From positions 1 through 18,855 of the forward strand of contig JBDGSL010000061.1 of the NCBI GenBank assembly GCA_042217555.1: a stretch of DNA of 18,855 nt. The letters run 5' to 3'. Of this stretch, positions 14,551 to 18,855 are shown piece by piece. The notes under the pieces are model-generated. The model was not told where the DNA came from and made no database searches. It saw only the letters and a list, made by a program, of their open reading frames with translations. This stretch comes from Candidatus Nanohalobium sp. GTDB taxonomy: Archaea; Nanohalarchaeota; Nanosalinia; Nanosalinales; Nanosalinaceae. The position numbers were made by a program, and so were the translations under genes. Positions within the stretch are counted from its first letter, which is position 1, and each line of letters starts with the position of its first letter.

Positions 14551-16320
14551 ATGAATGAGGAAATCCCTGAAAACTTCATAGAGGTATCATTCGAGGTTGC
14601 AAACAAGGTAGGAGGCATCCACCAGGTTCTGAAGTCGAAAGCCTCCACCATGGACAGATACTACGATGGCGACTACCTCACTATCGGGTTCTACAACGAG
14701 GAGTCGGCCCGTGAGGAGTTCTCTCCACGTGACTGTCCTTTTCAGGACGTACTGGATGAGATAGATAACAGTACCGGAGTGAAATGCCGTTACGGAGTGT
14801 GGAACGTGCCTTCAACTCCCAGATGCATACTTGTAGACATCTCGGAGATGGAAAAACCGGTGGATGAGATAAAGAAGGAGATGTGGGAGAGGCAGGATAT
14901 AGACTCGATGAACGCAGGGAACGACTTTGATGAACCGGTGAAGTGGGCGTACGCTGCAGGACTGGTTGTGAACAGGTTGCTGAAACAGAATGAAGGAGAG
15001 ACAGTGGTGCAGCTGCACGAGTGGTTGTCTGCACCGGCCATGTTCAACTTTGACGCACCTACCGTTTTCACCACGCACGCCACGGTCCTGGGAAGAACGC
15101 TTTCCAACTCCGACTACGACCTGAGACATGCAGTGGAGGACGGACAGGTAGATGATTACCTGGCGGAGAAGTACGGTGTCAAGGCCAAGCACCAGGTAGA
15201 AAAGTTTGGTGCAAGAGCTGCAGATGTTCTGACCACTGTCAGTGAGACGACAGGCAGGGAGGCAGAGGCCGTACTTGACAGGAAACCCGGTCAGATACTG
15301 CCTAATGGTTTCAACGTCGAGGAGTATCCATCGCTGGAAGAGCTTTCGTACAACCACAAGAAAAAGAAGCAGGAGATGAAGGAGTTCCTGAGAGCATACT
15401 TCGAACCATACCACGACATCAATATAGAAGACGACCCACGTATACTCTTCATCTCGGGAAGATACGAGTTCCACAACAAAGGTATAGACCTTCTTATAGA
15501 CTCTCTGTCACGTCTGAACAGCAGGAAGGGTGACGAGTTCTTCGTCTTCTTCTTCGTACCGAGCGACGTGAAAGGGCCGCGGCAGGAAGTGCTGGACAAC
15601 ATGTCTCTCTACGATGAACTTGAGGACCATGTGGAAGACGTGATACCTGAGGTAAGAAGCAAGGTCATATCATCTATAGCAGGAGGTATGGACCCGGTTG
15701 AGCAGATCAGGCCTCTACTTGACTCCGACACACTTGACGCACTGCAGAGACATTTCCACAAGAAATCCGGTTCCCCTCCCGTATCTGCCTTTGACCTGAA
15801 CTACAGCCAGGACGAGATAACTGAAACACTCGAAGAGAAAGGACTGACCAACGACCCGGAAGACCGTGTCAAGGTCGTCTTCTACCCAACATATCTCTCA
15901 GTAGGCGACAAACTGCTGTCGATGGACTACAACGATGCTATAGTCGCTTCCAGCGCAGGTATATTCCCAAGCTACTACGAGCCGTGGGGTTACACCCCGG
16001 TGGAGACAGCAGCAAATGGAGCGCTATCTGTAACCACTGATCTTGCAGGTTTCGGACAGTTCCTGCTTGAAAACACTTCAGAGGAAGACAGAGAAGGAAT
16101 AAAGGTTTTAAACCGTAGAGAAAGATCTGACGACGAGGCTGCCGGAGAACTGGCCGATATAATAGACGAGATAATAGGCTACAGCAAGACAGAGATCACT
16201 GAGAGAAAGCACAATGCGAGAAAACTCGCCCAGATGACATCCTGGACAGAACTTGGCGAGAACTACCGGAAGGCGCATTCAAAGGCCTTAGAAAACTACA
16301 GGGACGAAAAGGTAACATGA
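14551..16320 (+). CDS. Glycogen synthase, GT3 (eukaryote-like) family
   Basis: EVSFEVANKVGGIHQV, HEWL, VFTTHATVLGR, SGRYEFHNKGID, DRVKVVFYPTYL and GIFPSYYEPWGYTPVE (EX7E motif). Confidence 0.96.
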   Translation: MNEEIPENFIEVSFEVANKVGGIHQVLKSKASTMDRYYDGDYLTIGFYNEESAREEFSPRDCPFQDVLDEIDNSTGVKCRYGVWNVPSTPRCILVDISEMEKPVDEIKKEMWERQDIDSMNAGNDFDEPVKWAYAAGLVVNRLLKQNEGETVVQLHEWLSAPAMFNFDAPTVFTTHATVLGRTLSNSDYDLRHAVEDGQVDDYLAEKYGVKAKHQVEKFGARAADVLTTVSETTGREAEAVLDRKPGQILPNGFNVEEYPSLEELSYNHKKKKQEMKEFLRAYFEPYHDINIEDDPRILFISGRYEFHNKGIDLLIDSLSRLNSRKGDEFFVFFFVPSDVKGPRQEVLDNMSLYDELEDHVEDVIPEVRSKVISSIAGGMDPVEQIRPLLDSDTLDALQRHFHKKSGSPPVSAFDLNYSQDEITETLEEKGLTNDPEDRVKVVFYPTYLSVGDKLLSMDYNDAIVASSAGIFPSYYEPWGYTPVETAANGALSVTTDLAGFGQFLLENTSEEDREGIKVLNRRERSDDEAAGELADIIDEIIGYSKTEITERKHNARKLAQMTSWTELGENYRKAHSKALENYRDEKVT

Positions 16321-17444
16321 GCATAAACATCGAATCTGAAAACATACCGGTAAAAGAAACCGACGTAGACACTTCTCTGCCGGAATTTACAGAGATAGAG
16401 CCGGACTTCTCCCTTGAAGGCATAGACAGAGATTTCTCCACGCTGATTGTCATAGGTAACGGGGGATCTATCACAAGCCTCAGAGCACTCAAATACGCTT
16501 TCCTCGAGGAAATGGATAGAGAACTGGAGATAATTACCACGATGGATCCTGACAGGCTGCACAAGATTTCAGCCGATCACTCGCCGGAAGACACACTTGT
16601 GATGCCTATAAGCAAGTCAGGAAGCACTGTAGGTGTAATAGAATCTCTTATCTACTTCATCAACAGAGGATACGACTTCAACCCATTGACAACTCCAGGA
16701 TCGCCGCTGCATACCATCGCAGAGAGGTACAGCAGGGATATAATCGAACACCAGGAGGTAGGAGGAAGGTTCTCAGGGCTTACAAACACAGCTCTGGCGC
16801 CTGCAAAGCTTCTTGGCCTTGAAACAGGTGAGATAAGGGAAGGGGGAGAAGAAGGATACAGACATAAAGAGAAGGCGGTTAAAACTGCGGAAAAACTTTA
16901 CGCAGCCGAAAAAGAAGGTTATGGTGAAGTACTCACTCCTTTTTACTCGTCCAGGATGTTCGGATTCTACCCGTTGCTGATACAGTTGATGCACGAAACC
17001 GTATGCAAAGAGAGGGAAGGGCAGACGTTCTACGGCGACCACGCACCGGAGTACCAGCACCACACCAACCAGAGGCTGTTTGGAGGAAAAGAGAACGTAC
17101 TCACATTCTTCTTCAGGACATCGCACAGGAGGGAAACAGTAAACGTGCCTGAAGAACTGGAAGACATTAACTTAAAAGGAGAGAGACTGGGAGAACTGGA
17201 CAGGGAAAACCTTTCAGATGCTTTGAACGCAGAGTACAGAGGAGTCAGAGAAACACTGGAAGAGGAGAAAAAACCGTTTATCGACCTGAAACTTGAGGAC
17301 TCAGGTTACAGAGGTTTCGGCCGTTTCATGGCTTTCATCCAGCTTACAGCCTACTACTCCGCAAAGATAAGAGGTGTAGAACCACTTACACAGCCTGACG
17401 TGGAGAAAAGCAAGGAGAAGTCTGTGGAGGAGAGATTCAAGTGA
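16317..17444 (+). CDS. pgi: Glucose-6-phosphate isomerase (short, divergent PGI/SIS family)
   Basis: VIGNGGS, ISKSGST, VGGRFSGL, QLMHET (catalytic Glu), EYQHHTNQ (His) and QPDVEKSK (Lys). ATGA overlap with glycogen synthase. Confidence 0.88.
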   Translation: MSINIESENIPVKETDVDTSLPEFTEIEPDFSLEGIDRDFSTLIVIGNGGSITSLRALKYAFLEEMDRELEIITTMDPDRLHKISADHSPEDTLVMPISKSGSTVGVIESLIYFINRGYDFNPLTTPGSPLHTIAERYSRDIIEHQEVGGRFSGLTNTALAPAKLLGLETGEIREGGEEGYRHKEKAVKTAEKLYAAEKEGYGEVLTPFYSSRMFGFYPLLIQLMHETVCKEREGQTFYGDHAPEYQHHTNQRLFGGKENVLTFFFRTSHRRETVNVPEELEDINLKGERLGELDRENLSDALNAEYRGVRETLEEEKKPFIDLKLEDSGYRGFGRFMAFIQLTAYYSAKIRGVEPLTQPDVEKSKEKSVEERFK

Positions 17445-18046
17445 GGATTGCCTTCCTGGTCAAGAACTTTGCTGACGGCGACGACCTATCAGAATACGTG
17501 AAGTCGCTTAGCGAGTACGCCGCAGAGAACGGCCACGAACCACTTGTTGTATCTTTTGACGACCATGCAGACTACACGGTTTCTGAGGATGTCGATGTCA
17601 GAAGGTTCAGGCTGCCCTTCGACGGAGACTCCATGTACACCTGGGCCATGATGATGAACAACGAGATGAAAGCACAGGTCAAGGAAGAGATAAAAGACGA
17701 AGATGTAGACGTGATACACGCCAACGACTGGACTACCGCTCCAGGAGGGATAACGCTTTCAAAACACCTTGAAAAACCGTTCTTCCTGACCATCCACTCA
17801 ACCGAGAACCAGAGAGGATTTAACACAGAGGAATCAGGGCTTATATCCGAGATGGAATGGGAAGGATGCTTTCAGGCTGAGAAAATATTTGCAAACAACG
17901 AGGACGTCAAAAATTCTCTACTTTTCGACCTTGATATACCTGATGAAGAGATATGCGTTGCTGACCCGCTCCACGCCGGCTGGAAGGAAAAGATTTTAAA
18001 AAGCTACGCCGAAAACAGGGATAAAAGGCTAGAGGTGGAAGCTTGA
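17441..18046 (+). CDS. Stand-alone glycosyltransferase family 4 N-terminal domain protein
   Basis: MRIAFL...GHEPLVVS...DVIHANDW...LTIHSTE...SEMEWEG, collinear with the N-half of the downstream GT4 but lacking the C-terminal Rossmann domain. GTGA overlap with pgi and TTGA overlap with the next gene. Confidence 0.85.
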   Translation: MRIAFLVKNFADGDDLSEYVKSLSEYAAENGHEPLVVSFDDHADYTVSEDVDVRRFRLPFDGDSMYTWAMMMNNEMKAQVKEEIKDEDVDVIHANDWTTAPGGITLSKHLEKPFFLTIHSTENQRGFNTEESGLISEMEWEGCFQAEKIFANNEDVKNSLLFDLDIPDEEICVADPLHAGWKEKILKSYAENRDKRLEVEA

Positions 18047-18855
18047 GACCTCTCTTCATAACATGGGAGTATCCGCCTTACAAGGCGGGAGGAATTGCAG
18101 CTCACTGTGAGGACCTGGCTACGACTATGGCAGCACAGGGACATGAACCGGTGGTAATAACTTACGGTGAGGAGAGAGGTTCTGAGGTACGTGACGGAGT
18201 CCAGATTCACAGGGTCCTGGCCACTAACTCTGCTACAAACACGCTTTCCTGGGCCATGCATCTAGGCCATCAGATGGAGAAAAAAGCCATAGAGCTACAT
18301 AAACAGGATAAATTTGACCTGGTTCATGCTCATGACTGGATGGCAGTCCCGGGAGCAACAGGGATAAAGAAAACGCTCGACCTTCCTATGGTATTCACGG
18401 TACACTCTACTCAGAAAGGCAGGGATGGGATCAACTCCCAGTACCAGAAAACAATACACGACCTCGAATGGTACGGCACATACGAGGCAGAAGAAGTGAT
18501 CACAGTAGGCAGAGAGTTCTCAGAAGAAGTAAAAAACCTGTACGAAGTACCTGAACAGAAAATAAACTACATACCAAACGGAGTCGACCTTGAAAAATTC
18601 GACAACCACTCCAAAAACCTTCAGCGAGACCAGTACGCACTCGACTGGGAACAGATAGTGCTTTTCGTCGGCAGGATGTACCCACAGAAAGGCCCCGGCC
18701 ACCTAATCGAAGCAATGCCACATATACTCGAACAACAGCCACAGGCCAAGTTCATCATGTGCGGATCAGGAGCCACAGAACACTACAAATCAATAGCCAA
18801 AAGCCAGGTCGGCGACAAAGTACACTTTCCTGGCTACGTCAGCGACAACGAACTC
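18043..18855 (+). CDS. Glycosyltransferase family 4 (alpha-glucan-associated), truncated at window edge
   Basis: Not in the ORF track; translated by hand from TTG 18043 (SD GAGGTG at 18032-18037): MRPLFITWEYPPYKAGGIAAHCEDLA...DLVHAHDWMA...FTVHSTQKGR...LEWYGTYEA...IPNGVD...LFVGRMYPQKG...HFPGYVSD. The frame is open to the end of the window. Confidence 0.94.
   Translation, partial: MRPLFITWEYPPYKAGGIAAHCEDLATTMAAQGHEPVVITYGEERGSEVRDGVQIHRVLATNSATNTLSWAMHLGHQMEKKAIELHKQDKFDLVHAHDWMAVPGATGIKKTLDLPMVFTVHSTQKGRDGINSQYQKTIHDLEWYGTYEAEEVITVGREFSEEVKNLYEVPEQKINYIPNGVDLEKFDNHSKNLQRDQYALDWEQIVLFVGRMYPQKGPGHLIEAMPHILEQQPQAKFIMCGSGATEHYKSIAKSQVGDKVHFPGYVSDNEL

Noticed and set aside
17441..18046. Frameshifted or split GT4 pseudogene
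   Set aside because: The downstream ORF restarts with its own complete N-domain and SD instead of continuing with a C-domain, so the two are paralogs and not halves of one broken gene.
1..18855. CRISPR array, IS element, integrase, prophage or defence system
   Set aside because: No spaced direct repeats, terminal inverted repeats, or transposase/integrase/nuclease-like ORFs are seen. Nearly all of the sequence is accounted for by housekeeping and metabolic genes.

Overview
Archaeal chromosome segment with a strongly acidic, Glu-rich proteome and compact, overlapping genes. This most resembles a Nanohaloarchaeota (DPANN) genome, though the assignment is inferred from gene content and composition, not searched. 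Left part (1-8.9 kb), housekeeping and cell division: on the minus strand ftsZ1 followed by secE-spt5-rpl11-rpl1, a long-type FKBP/SlyD and a bacterial-type LeuRS with an archaeal-type C-terminus; on the plus strand a small hypothetical gene and two tandem MinD paralogs. Right part (8.9-18.9 kb), an alpha-glucan/upper-glycolysis cluster: an HxHxQ HIT nucleotidyltransferase with phosphoglucomutase; amylo-alpha-1,6-glucosidase, archaeal TIM and an ADP-dependent sugar kinase; and, divergently, a GT3 glycogen synthase, a short PGI, a stand-alone GT4 N-terminal domain and a GT4 glycosyltransferase that runs off the window. The most notable observations are: (1) a structured ~100-nt leader upstream of secE containing a circularly permuted L1-binding-like motif with a mutually exclusive alternative fold; (2) a half glycosyltransferase that seems to have cleanly lost its donor-binding domain; (3) a GalT-type HxHxQ enzyme coupled to PGM; (4) Asn instead of the catalytic Asp40 in both MinD paralogs. 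No mobile elements, CRISPR arrays, tRNA or rRNA genes were seen.
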